NCBI RefSeq assembly: GCF_036321535.1
Contig: NC_087436.1
Span: 20,958,001 to 21,022,000 of the forward strand
Direction: 5' to 3'
DNA length: 64,000 bases
Source: Camelus dromedarius
Taxonomy: Eukaryota
Below are positions 1-10,440 of the stretch, one piece after another. A program made the position numbers and the translations under genes. The notes under the pieces were generated by a model. That model made no database searches. It was not told the DNA's origin and saw only the letters and a program-made list of their open reading frames with translations. The number at the start of each line of letters is the position of its first letter. Position 1 is the first letter of the stretch.

Positions 1-2889
1 AGTAAGAAAGTTGGAGTAGATGTTCCAAGAGACCTTGTATGGTAATATGTAAAAGTACATTTTGAATTAATTGGGATAATATTTAGATTGACCTTTACTC
101 AGGGAACAATGCAGACAAGTCGAAAGCTGATTAAGCAACAGAAAGGGAGGGGCCCAGAGTATAAGAGGACAAAAAGCAGAAGAGAAACCCCTCTGTAATC
201 CAGGCCCTAAGAGGTTCAGGAAAACTGCGTCCATTGCTTAATGGTAACATATTTGCTCAGATGGCCCAGTGGAAGATTCTGTTGTAAAAAGCCCTGTTTA
301 AAATAAGCTTAGTCACAGAAATTTTGCAACTCTGCATTACTGAACATGTCCCCAGATGTCATTAGCTGATTAGGGTCTTAGGAACCTGGGAGCGTCAGAT
401 AGACATGAGGGCTATCAATGTAGCATCAGAACATTCTTGGTGCTTGCTGGGGATATGTTTTGTGGAGCTTGGGGTTCCTTACCTTGGATTTTGAAAGTAG
501 CTTAAGCATCTGAGGATGTAGAAAGAGACATTTCTTTTGTTTTTCCTGAGTGACATCTTCCAACCAGGGGTTGGTTTATTTAATTTGAGGTGCTCGATAA
601 ACTTCTTTAAATTCTTTAATTGTGAATCTATTTTAGAATAACCAGCATGTTCTTTAAATGCAATTAAATCCTAGAAAATATAAAAGCTTATCTGTGTGAT
701 CAGAGCCTGTGTCCTTTCAAACTGACACTGGGAACTCTGAAGCCTCTGAGCGTTCCTCATACCACTCACCAAGCACAGGTATTAATCCCTATTGAAATAC
801 TTATACAAGGTTATCTGTTTTTTCAGAATATGAAAGAAAAACTAACTATGACAAAGGTCATTTTACAGATCAGCTACCGAAATTAGATGGTTAAGGAAAT
901 GATGTTAAAAATATTTTTTATCAAGTTATTCTTAGATCATTTATTTATTTACTATAAATAAGTATTTATTTACTTACTGTGCTGGTGGTTTTAGGTGACC
1001 GTGTTATGAAATTGTATCAGACAATTAAATCTGGAGAATTAAAGCAAGTATTTCTAAGATCATAAGTGGAAAATTTCAGCCTCAAATCAGTTTGGCAACC
1101 AACCAGTTTTTACAGAATATGCCGCTCACAGATGGGACTTGGCTAAAGTCTGCACAATTTGTTTGAAATTGCAAGGACTGTGACTGTGTTACTCTAAACA
1201 ATGTATTGCCTTCAATATTAGATATTCCTGAGTTCTGACTTCAATTTAGAGCCTTGGGACTTCTGCCTCTACTTCTTCGGAACAAAATTTCCACTAAATG
1301 CTCCTCCCCACTGAGGAATAGTGGCTGGAAAAGAAAGAATTCTATCTATTTGCTAGAGGGTTAAAATTATTTTGATAAAGTTCGAAACTCTTTTTAATGA
1401 GCTCTCTCTACCTAAGCATTTTCTCCTTTCGATAGCAAAAAAGTTACATAGATTTTGCTTATCCCTTGAAAATACTGTTTTTCCCCTTCTCTGACCTTGT
1501 TTGAAATTAAAAGCATTAAAGTGCCAGTTTCAAGAGATGTTAGATCCTACTGCTGGGTCTTTGCCATCTTTTTTACAACTTGCTATAATTTTCTGTCCCT
1601 TTAAGCCCTTAACCTACAGGCCTTCTGCACCAAAGGCAAGGCCTACAAGTGATAAGGACTCTCTGAGGAGCGCCTCCTGTGCCAAAGGACTGCTTATCTT
1701 GGTCTCTGTCGAACACAAGATGGGATCCTCTTATAAAGAGTTCTGGGCATGTCTCCCCCACCCCCCACATCATCCTTCATGCTATTGACAGTGATCTTCC
1801 CAAAATGAAAATCTGGTTCAAACCCTTCATTGTCCTTCTGCCACCTTAAAGTCCAAAGTCCACACCATGGCCCCAACACACATCATTTCACTGCTTCCTC
1901 TGCTTCTCACATCACATGCTGCAACCACGTAGACAGTTGCAATTCCAACTTGTGATGATGTCTCAAGTTCCAGGACATCCCTGACCCTGCTGACTCTGTA
2001 CCTAAATGTCCGCAGAGTTGGTGGGATGAAATCCTAGACTTCTTTCAAGGTGAGTTCAGAGAACCCCTCCATGAGGTCTTTCCACCTCCTTCTTTTTCAG
2101 ATAGAATTGACCATTGTCTCCTCTGTGCCCCTGCTCCCCTAAAATACTTCGTTACACTTAGATTACATTTTGTCCCTCTTTACTAAGGTGGAATTTCCTC
2201 GATGGAAAGACCATGAATTATTTATTAATTCATTGTATTCCTAGTACAAAGTAGACATGTCAAAACACTCTTTTGTAAATGAACACACAAGTGAATAAAT
2301 ACCCAAGGTGCCAAGTAACCATCAAGGCCTACAGAACACATCTGGATTCTAAATGGTCAGTCATTAAGATTTCACTGAGACTTTGCCACTATGCCAAGCA
2401 CTGGGGACTTTGTGGAGTGTTTAGTCTAAATCTAAGTTAGGGAGGTCGTCTCTCAAAGCCAACTAAAATGGCTTTGAACTGAGACCTAAATAGCAGACAG
2501 TGAGGCAAGATGGGGCCACAGGAGGATATTCCTGCCTAAACAATTCAAGGGTAAACTGAGTAGGTGACAGCTGGTAGAAAGACACAGGTCTCAGTACACT
2601 GTCCTTAAGTAGACTGATCAGATGTGCCCAAGACATTTTCCATTCTTTGTGGATTCTCCAGGAAACCGTGAGTGTTTAGCTGAGGAGTCAAGGTTATGCT
2701 GTCCCTGGGAAGTGTCTGCAGGTGCCCTTCTACCCTCATGCCATCATACTGGGATACCAGTTCCTTCACTAGAAAGTCTCAAAGGAATAAGCAGAGACAC
2801 ATCCAGAGAGTTTAGTGCACTGATGTTTATGTCAGAATGGTTTATAACTCTCATAAGAGTAAAAGTAACATGAATGCTGAAGAGGTTGA

Positions 2890-3330
2890 TAAACTACAAT
2901 ATTCATATAATGGAATACTATGCAGCCATCAAAAATCTTGTAATAGAAGAGTATTCAAAATATAGGATGTATGTTCATGGTGTATATTTTTAAATACTAT
3001 TTACATATTGATACATATTTAAACACAATGATTCCATATTTAGATGCAACAGCTAAAAGTTCAGATGGCTATATACCAAAATGTTTAAAGTGTCTGTCTC
3101 TGAAGGGGGTGGGTCTAGCTCAGTGGTAGAGTGCATATCTAGCATGCACAAGGTCCTAAGTTCAATCCCCAGTACTTACATTAAAAAAATTAAAAAAAAA
3201 TCTAAGGAATATATTCTACAATGTCTTTCTCTGGGTAGTGGAATGAAAATGGTTTTTATATTTTTATTTGACCTTTCTTATATTTCCCAACTTTAATTTG
3301 TTGAATCTATATTGCTTTCACAATTAAAAA
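2890..3330 (+). mobile_element. Old L1 3'-end fragment interrupted by a SINE
   Basis: Contains atggaatactatgcagccatcaaaaa, typical of L1 3' UTRs, and ends in an A-rich tail. Confidence 0.6.
3105..3200 (+). mobile_element. tRNA-Ala-derived SINE (camelid Vic-1-like)
   Basis: A box (tagctcagtggtagag), B box (gttcaatccc) and A tail. Confidence 0.85.
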
Positions 3331-4240
3331 ATCTTATTTAGTTGATAAAATTTTACAAAGTAATTTATAAATTTTAAATGTATAAAACTTATTTAAAAAT
3401 AAATACATAATTGCTTAATCATAAAAATCAATATATTATATATTGAGATTTTTTTTAAATACAAGAGAATACATATCCAGTATTCATATTTGTGTGCATA
3501 TATATTTGTGGTAAAGAATAATCACGACCTAGAATTCATTACATCACTTGCTTATCTGGATCCTCAGCCAGTAATCAGAGACCGGAGCCAGCATTTCCTA
3601 CAATTCTATTACAACTCTGAAATTCTACTTTTGAAAGAGAGAAAAGAAGTACACTGGGGGAACCTTAGAATTGACTCACCCTCTATCCAGCTAGAAGAAA
3701 ACTGACTCTAATAGTGTCTTTGTTTTCATTTTTCCTGTGGAAGTAAGACTGTACCCAGGAGGTGGAGGCAGGGAGGCATGGGGCAGAACTTTAGTCTTTG
3801 TGTAATGGCCGTGAGTTTCCATCTTTCTTTAACATGGACAGTTTTCCAGTTATATAAAATGCAATGCAAATACAGCTTCAGGTCTCCCCCTTTATGCAAA
3901 TGACTACAGCCAACGTGAATGTAATGTTCATTACATGCCAAGTACTATACTAACTGGAATGTGTGTGGGTGAATGTATCCACACATGTATATTTATTAAA
4001 CTCATTCAGTCCTCACAGTGACATTTTGAGGCAGGTATTATCTTTTTATAAATGAGGAAATCAAGGCCCACTTTCCTCATCTGTCAGGCCCTGCAATGTA
4101 GAATTTCTGGACCTGCCGCTGGAAGAGAGGTGAGATCACTGTGTCTTTTGTTAGATGCTCTATTGTCCACTCATCACCTCATTCTTAATCCCTTTCTTAA
4201 TTTCTCTTTTATACCATTTCGCTTTCCGGGAACTTCTCAG

Positions 4241-4306
4241 CAGCAACCACTCCTAGTAGAGGTCCTGCAGCTACAACTCCAGGCCCGACACAAGGGTACC
4301 AACAAG
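4241..4306 (+). CDS. GYPA: Glycophorin A extracellular mucin-like exon (exon 2/3-like), (A)ATTPSRGPAATTPGPTQGYQQ
   Basis: Long pyrimidine tract, then ttctcAG at 4239-4240 and donor AAG|gtttgt at 4307. 66 nt, phase 1-1, open, Thr/Ser/Pro-rich with an internal AATTP..GP repeat. In frame with the downstream exons. The flanking intron resembles human GYPA exon 2 flanks (recalled). Confidence 0.75.
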
Positions 4307-4599
4307 GTTTGTTCAAATTTTAAAATAGTTCCTCTGGAGTCATTGTTATGATGCAAATCTATTGAATGCGACCTGTCACTGTTGGGAAACTGTGACAAAG
4401 ACTGAGAAATGGAAGTGAAGTAGGCAAGAGTCCCTCCTCTAGAGGAATTCTCACTTCTGGAAAGGCTCACAGAAATAATATTATAGGTTAAAGAAATTAA
4501 AGCAATTCAGCAGGCCACAAAAATGATGAATGTGACCATGAAATGGTGAGCCAGATAAAAGGGAACTGGTAGAGCAGTGGTGAGGAGAGCCTGTGGTCA

Positions 4600-4800
4600 A
4601 ATCCAGATGGACTCAGCCCTGGGCTTAGCCCTGCCCCCGCTGCTGACTCTGCATGAGCTGAACCCTCAGTTCCCCAAAGGGCCTGTCTTCTTAATTTGAA
4701 AATGGGGCTCATTATACTTATCCCGCAGTGTTTCTCTAAAGATTAAATGAGAAAATGTGTGTAAAATTGCTTGGCTCCAAGCCTGACACATCAGAAGTGC
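4600..4800 (+). mobile_element. MIR SINE
   Basis: MIR core-like: cctcagtt...aaaatgggg...gattaaatgagaaaatgtgtgtaaa...cctgacacat. Confidence 0.65.
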
Positions 4801-5269
4801 CTATTAAAGTACAAGCCAAGCTGAGTGCTGAGATAAGGGTGGTCAGGCAGCATCTCTTTCTCTGGTTATTTTTCTAGGGAGAAAAAGATGGCTTTATTAG
4901 AGCTGCTTAAATGTAGAAAGGGAGAGGGTCTTTTGTCAGTGGGGTTTAAGTGGAAGGATCCTCCAGATTTAAAATAAAGCCTCAAAGAAGACTAAGCATG
5001 ACTACTGGATCATTAGCTAATAGAAACACTGAGAAAATGCCCTGAGGTAAATGGAAGCGATGGATTTTAAGAACAGAGACCAAGGGAGGGAAATCAGGCT
5101 AAGTGCTTAGAACTCATTCTTAGGCTTCTGGGTTCGATTACACAATCTAATTTTCAAAGTGATTTCAGTGTGAAGCCGACATGACAGTGTCAAACCAGAA
5201 AGCATTTAAGGGGCCAACTACAAACACACATGCCCTGAATCCCATAAATGATCACGGGCATGGTGGACC

Positions 5270-5460
5270 ACTGTATTAAGTGTTTTCATGCATTATTGAA
5301 TTTTATCCTCATAGAGACAGAATCATCTTCATTTGCCCAAGAGAATACTAAAGCACAGAGAAATTAAGTCACTTGTCCAAGACCACACAACTAGTAAGAG
5401 GCAGACACGTGACTGAAGCCGATTCTGTCTTGATCCAGAGCTCGTACACCAGCCACAACT
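5270..5460 (-). mobile_element. MIR SINE
   Basis: gcacagagaaattaagtcacttgtccaagaccacacaactagtaag, the antisense MIR signature. Confidence 0.7.
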
Positions 5461-6249
5461 ATCACCTGCCACAAAGATCAAGAAGACAAGCCCAATTCAC
5501 GTCTGTGCATAACTGCTGAAGAACGACCAAACATAACGGAGTCCTTGACTGTGTCATGCAATATACTGTAACATGTTATTTGTAATCATTAAATTCAAGA
5601 AAATTGTGTAGCAATAGTAGTAACGGGGCTTCTTGACATAAATGGCATTCAGAGACAACAGAAAAAGAAATGTAAGATGTGAAACTGGTAAGGGAGAGGT
5701 TAACTCTAGCAGAGCATTAAGGCAATGGTACTAGAAACTTCTGCAGGACGGGAACCTAGTGGGACTGCTGGCAAACACTCCGCTAAGACACAGTGAGGGT
5801 TTGAATTCTGATAGTGGCTGTGGCATAAATCTGGAAAATTGACAGCAACAGGACCTTTTTTGGGGTTGGACTGATGTCCATGTGGAGTGATGGCTCAGTC
5901 TGTCTCCTTTCTGCTCACCATTTTACATTTTTGAAAAAATGCACAGCTTCTAGTGGAAGTCAACAGCTCTTCCAACCTTCTCATACCCTTCCCTTTAGTT
6001 AGTGAGATGGTTTGCTAATTTCTGATTCATGAGAACTCGCTGGATAGTTGAAAGTAGATACTGGAATTACTAAAGTTAAGACTGACACCTTCCCCCATAA
6101 TTTTTACTGGCTAACTGTTGAATGCTGAACAGCAGCACTCCAAACACACTTAAGGAAAAGAAACCCACTGAGCAGTCTAATGCCAAAACAGTATTTTTAA
6201 AAACATGACTTATGTTTTCTGACTTTATTTTGAAATTTTGTCTTTTTAG

Positions 6250-6285
6250 AAGTGCCACAATATGAACCCCCATTCTCAGCACCAG
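6250..6285 (+). CDS. GYPA: Glycophorin A exon 4 homologue, (E)VPQYEPPFSAP
   Basis: tttgtctttttAG acceptor and CAG|gtatgt donor. 36 nt, phase 1-1. Ends FSAP, like human HHFSEP just before the TM exon. Confidence 0.85.
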
Positions 6286-6399
6286 GTATGTTAGTATTTG
6301 ACATGGAATGATGATCATTGCATTTTAAATTGCGTATTGCTAGTTTCAAATGCCTATGTAAAGAAGAAGCACCAATTTTATTTTTTATGTTTATTTTCT

Positions 6400-6675
6400 T
6401 TCTTTTTTTGCTGTTTTTTTTTCCATTTTTATTGAGGTATAGTTAATGTATAATATTATATAATGTACAATATTATATAAGTTACAATATTATATATAGT
6501 GAGTCACAAGTTTAAAGGTTATACTCCATTTATAGTTTTTGTGAAATATTGGCTAATTCCCATGCTGTACAATATATCCTTGTAGTCTCTTTCACACAAA
6601 ATAGTTTGTACCTCTTATCCCCTAGCCCTATATTACACCCCTCTTCCTTCTCCCCACTGGTAACCACCAGTTTAT
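6400..6675 (-). mobile_element. L1 3'-end fragment (antisense) in GYPA intron
   Basis: Poly-T followed by ttattgaggtatagtt...ccatgctgtacaatatatccttg...ccccactggtaaccaccagttt. Confidence 0.8.
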
Positions 6676-7985
6676 TTTAAAAACAAAAGAGTACATGTTA
6701 TTGACTTTTGTCATACAAAATTGTAAAAGTAAACAAAATATGTTCTTTTTAAAATTAAAATAGGTATTTCTAATTTCCTTAAACATTTTGAAAACACCAA
6801 CACATAACTTAATTCTCATTTTTAAAAAAATTAGATATTTTTTAGCTTGCTAACCAACCGTGGGTACATGGGAAAAGTCTAAGAGCTTATAAAACAATTG
6901 AACTTCTCCCTTCCCTACTATAAAGAAAGCAATTAATTGGCAGCACATCCAGAATAAATATAGACCATTCATGCCTCAATCCAGATTCATTTTTGGCCCC
7001 ATACTATCACTTTGGGGCTATCTTCTCAACCTGCTATTACTGGGGACTGTGGCTCCCTTCTTAGGTGTTGCGCTGGTTCATTTACACGCTTCTTTACTCT
7101 TCCATGTTTCTAAGCCTCCCCTCACACTTGGCCTGTGCTCACACTTCACACCATAAAAAACGAATTGTACAACTGAATCATTATCTCACAAATTAAAGCT
7201 AAGTGGAGAGAAAGGTTGGGCAATACGAGTGAGAGGAAAAGCTACTTTTACTTTTTTGTATCAGTAAATAGGCTTTTAAATATATATCAGTCAAATAAAT
7301 ATGCTACTAATATGCGAAAGGGTCTCTAATTTAAATTGTGTTTCACTCCCAACATGGAAAAGATTTTTAGTGATTTTATTATAGACTATGTGTAAGGATA
7401 CTGTGGAAGGAGCAGAGGCTTAGACTACAGGTGACCTGGACAGTAGTTACCAATGTGCTTCTAACTAGTTGTCCCACCTCAGATAAGTAACTCAAACTCA
7501 TTAGGCTTCCTCATTTCTAAACTGCTTATACCAATTTCCTTCCAAATTTCTGATTCTACGATCTGTCCAATACCCCTTTACACATCAAGACATTATTTTC
7601 TTCCATACCTTTGAAACACTGAAAGAGTTTGTGGTTTTTCTCATGTTGGCATAAAAGGTCCATACAGCTCTCATCCGTAATTACACTTGGGAGACCCTGT
7701 AAAGAACACTGGGGTTGGAGTTGAAGCCCCTGGGTCTTGGTTCTGTCATTAGTTATGTAGCCTTGGACAAGAGATTTTACCACTTTAAGTTCCAGTTTCC
7801 CACATGGTTACTGTGAAAAATCTAATTTTTAAAAAGATAAAATATACATAAAAGTTTACTAATGTACTTTCTATTAAAAAGGCAAAGCGGTATTACCCTG
7901 ACTTTGCCTGCTTTATTTGCCAACTGTTATGCGGTCCTTTATTTCACATTTTTATATTTTGCTGTTTTCTTTTTCTCTCCCCCAG

Positions 7986-8068
7986 TAATAACAGTCATTG
8001 TTTTTGCGGTGATGGCTGGAATCATTGGAATTATCCTCCTAAGTTATTACTTATTGGTAAACATAAAG
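7986..8068 (+). CDS. GYPA: Glycophorin A transmembrane exon (exon 5), (V)ITVIVFAVMAGIIGIILLSYYLLVNIK
   Basis: Strong acceptor (ttttctctcccccAG) and donor AAG|gtgagg. 83 nt, phase 1-0. The peptide matches the glycophorin TM signature (human [22 protein letters not shown]) and is visible in ORF 7862..8098. Confidence 0.95.
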
Positions 8069-9820
8069 GTGAGGATTCAGCTTTTAATTCTGCTGTAAGT
8101 ACTGATGTGAATAGCTCTAGGAGGGTTTGCTCCTCTGGGTTTAACTCAACTCAAACAGAAACAAAACTGCATGAAACTTCATCATTGTCCATGAGCCCAT
8201 GGCATATGCAGAGATGCTTAAACATTTCAGGGCTGGTTTCTCTGTTCGTATCCAATTCTGGTGCCTAGGAACAGGGACCCGTGCTGAGGCCCAAGGACAA
8301 AAACCCCCCTTCCTGTAAGGAAGAGGGCAGGTCTGACCCTGAAGCCCAGTAAGGGACAATCTTAGGCTTTCTGTTTTTCTTGCTTTTATTCCCCATTTTT
8401 TGTTGGCCTTGTGCTGGGTTTGTTTACAAAAGATGTATTTTGTTTAACCAAGTATGAAAAATGTAAAATTCTGTTCATAAAAACAAACCTTCCATCTTTT
8501 TCAGCTGGACACACAAAAGTGACTGAGTTACTCGAGCAGAAATTTTTCTTTTTATCATTTGCCCTATTAAAAAACCACAAATATAAATCTATCCCCATTT
8601 TCCAGTGAAAGGTCCTTCAAAAGTTTTAATTTAATATTTTTTGATGGATATGGATGAAATAGCCAAGTTTCTAGTTATAGTATCTAGTTTATGTATGTGA
8701 AAAATATTTAAAATAACATGATATGTTTATGCATGTTTAAAACATTTGCTTTTTTTATTCTCGTATTTCCTGAGACAAATTTTTCAAACTCCACCTATGA
8801 ACTTTCCAGCATGAGTGATTTTTTTTAATCACTAAAGCTAATTTCAAGTCTGTATGATAGCATTCCAAAGCACACAACCTTCACTATAACCTATTTAAGA
8901 CAATTCAGATGCCACATTTGTGTGTTTATAATGCTAATAATTGGAACTATAGTCATAGATCATTAGGTACCTCGTCTCAAAAGAATGGTACAGTTCTCAC
9001 CCACCCTCTACTGTTTCTCTCTCTTTGTGCTCTCCACATTGTAACCACTGTATGTATTCTTTTAAAAAGGCTTGTTTAGAGAGGCAACAACACTGTAATG
9101 GCAGGTCTATAACAAGTTGATAGTAAATCTACGTTAAGTTCTTCTGTCCTTTTCTTTTTTAACTATTTCTATTAGGTGAGTTTTATGAACATCCAAATCT
9201 ATGTTTGGTTAGCATTACTCCATGTAAATGTATTTTCTCTAAGTAATACTTTCTTAATAAAAGTAATTGACAGTGTCTGCTCTAATATGAGAGATTTTTT
9301 AAGGACTTGAATAAAAGATGACTCCTCTTGTTGGCAATTTGAACACTGGGGAAAAAGTTATCTCCTTGTATTTGGTATAGACGGCAAACTGTTGTCTTCT
9401 CCCTTGGTTGATGACCTTAAATCTAAAAAAGTCAACGATATCTCTTGGTAAAAGTCAGAGAAAATCTTCTATATGGACATAGAAGAATTGGGTCATGGTC
9501 AATATGACTAAGAAAATGTATCTTTAAAAAAAAAATTCTATTTGGGCTTTCCACTACAGCAGGGAAATATGACAGAGTCAATGTCTAGGGGAATATTATA
9601 CCTATGGAAATAAGAAATACTATTAGAAATACAAATAAAAGTTTAAATTAAAATTTGTAAATATCTATGAAATAGTAATTTCTTCCACAAAAGACCTCTG
9701 CAAAGTGAATTTTAATCAAAACAAACTTTAGCCAAAAAAAATTTTTTTAATTTGAGGAATTTTTACTTACTAAGTATAGAAAATTGTGGCATTAACATTT
9801 TTTCTGGTTTTAATTCGTAG

Positions 9821-9901
9821 CGAAGAGCATCTGTCAAACCATCTCAACCCTCCCGGATATAGGTGTGCTTCTTTTAACTTCTGTAGAGACAGAAAGACCA
9901 G
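9821..9901 (+). CDS. GYPA: Glycophorin A cytoplasmic exon (exon 6), frameshifted: RRASVKPSQPSRI* (TAG 9860-9862); ancestral frame PDIGVLLLTSVETERP lies in another frame
   Basis: ttttaattcgtAG acceptor and CCAG|gtcagt donor. The 5' half matches human KSPSDVKPLPS in one frame and the 3' half matches PDTDVPLSSVEIENP in another. Length is 81 nt instead of 3n+1. Confidence 0.85.
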
Positions 9902-10204
9902 GTCAGTGCTAATATTTTTACTGCCTTTTGCCTTTTTGGAAGGGAAATAAATTAACGATTTATTTCTTTCTGAGTTGGGAAGGGTGCACCCAGTTAGAAT
10001 TCATTTACATTCTATTTCATCAATGCCTCCTCTGTAAGATTTTATCCTTTATATGAATGTTTATCTGCAGCATAATGAAACTCCCCCTTAGGCATAAAGT
10101 ATCTTTTAAAAAAGAAAAAGTAAAACAAATACCATAAGTAAAGCAAAAACTAAGTTCTTTTATGTACATCTTATTTTCCCAAGTGCAAAGTTGCATCATA
10201 GGAG

Positions 10205-10440
10205 ACCCTACAGTGGATAGAGTTTAACAGCCCCAGATCTGGAGCTAGACCCGGATTTGAATCCACACTCCAACACTTAGCAGCTGTGTAACTTGACCAG
10301 CTCTTCTTGTGGCGATAACAGTGGTTAATGTGGAGGGAATTTCATGTGGACACGATGATGGTGTTCACCTCATCGAGTTTCATGAGGATTAAATGAAGCG
10401 CCAGCATCTAGAGCAGTTTCATCCCATAGCAAGTGCTCCT
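10205..10440 (+). mobile_element. MIR SINE
   Basis: tctggagctagac...tttgaatcc...cacttagcagctgtgtaacttg...tgaggattaaatga. Confidence 0.65.

Noticed and set aside
2016..2049. Exon-like segment cgcAG...CAAG|gtgagt (SWWDEILDFFQ)
   Set aside because: 34 nt would break the phase 1-1 frame, the pyrimidine tract is poor, and it lies in L2-like repeat sequence.
3105..3180. tRNA-Ala gene (also 28652 and 33726)
   Set aside because: Mismatched stems, poly(A) tails and, for 28652, a clear TSD show these are SINE copies.
4296..4301. Alternative donor AGG|gtacca in the mucin exon
   Set aside because: It gives a 55-nt exon that is out of frame with downstream exons.
4052..4351. 99-aa ORF overlapping the mucin exon
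   Set aside because: Wrong frame for the spliced GYPA; it begins in MIR/intron sequence.
9863..9886. GT...AG mini-intron inside exon 6
   Set aside because: 24 nt is too short for the spliceosome, and it lies after the stop codon.
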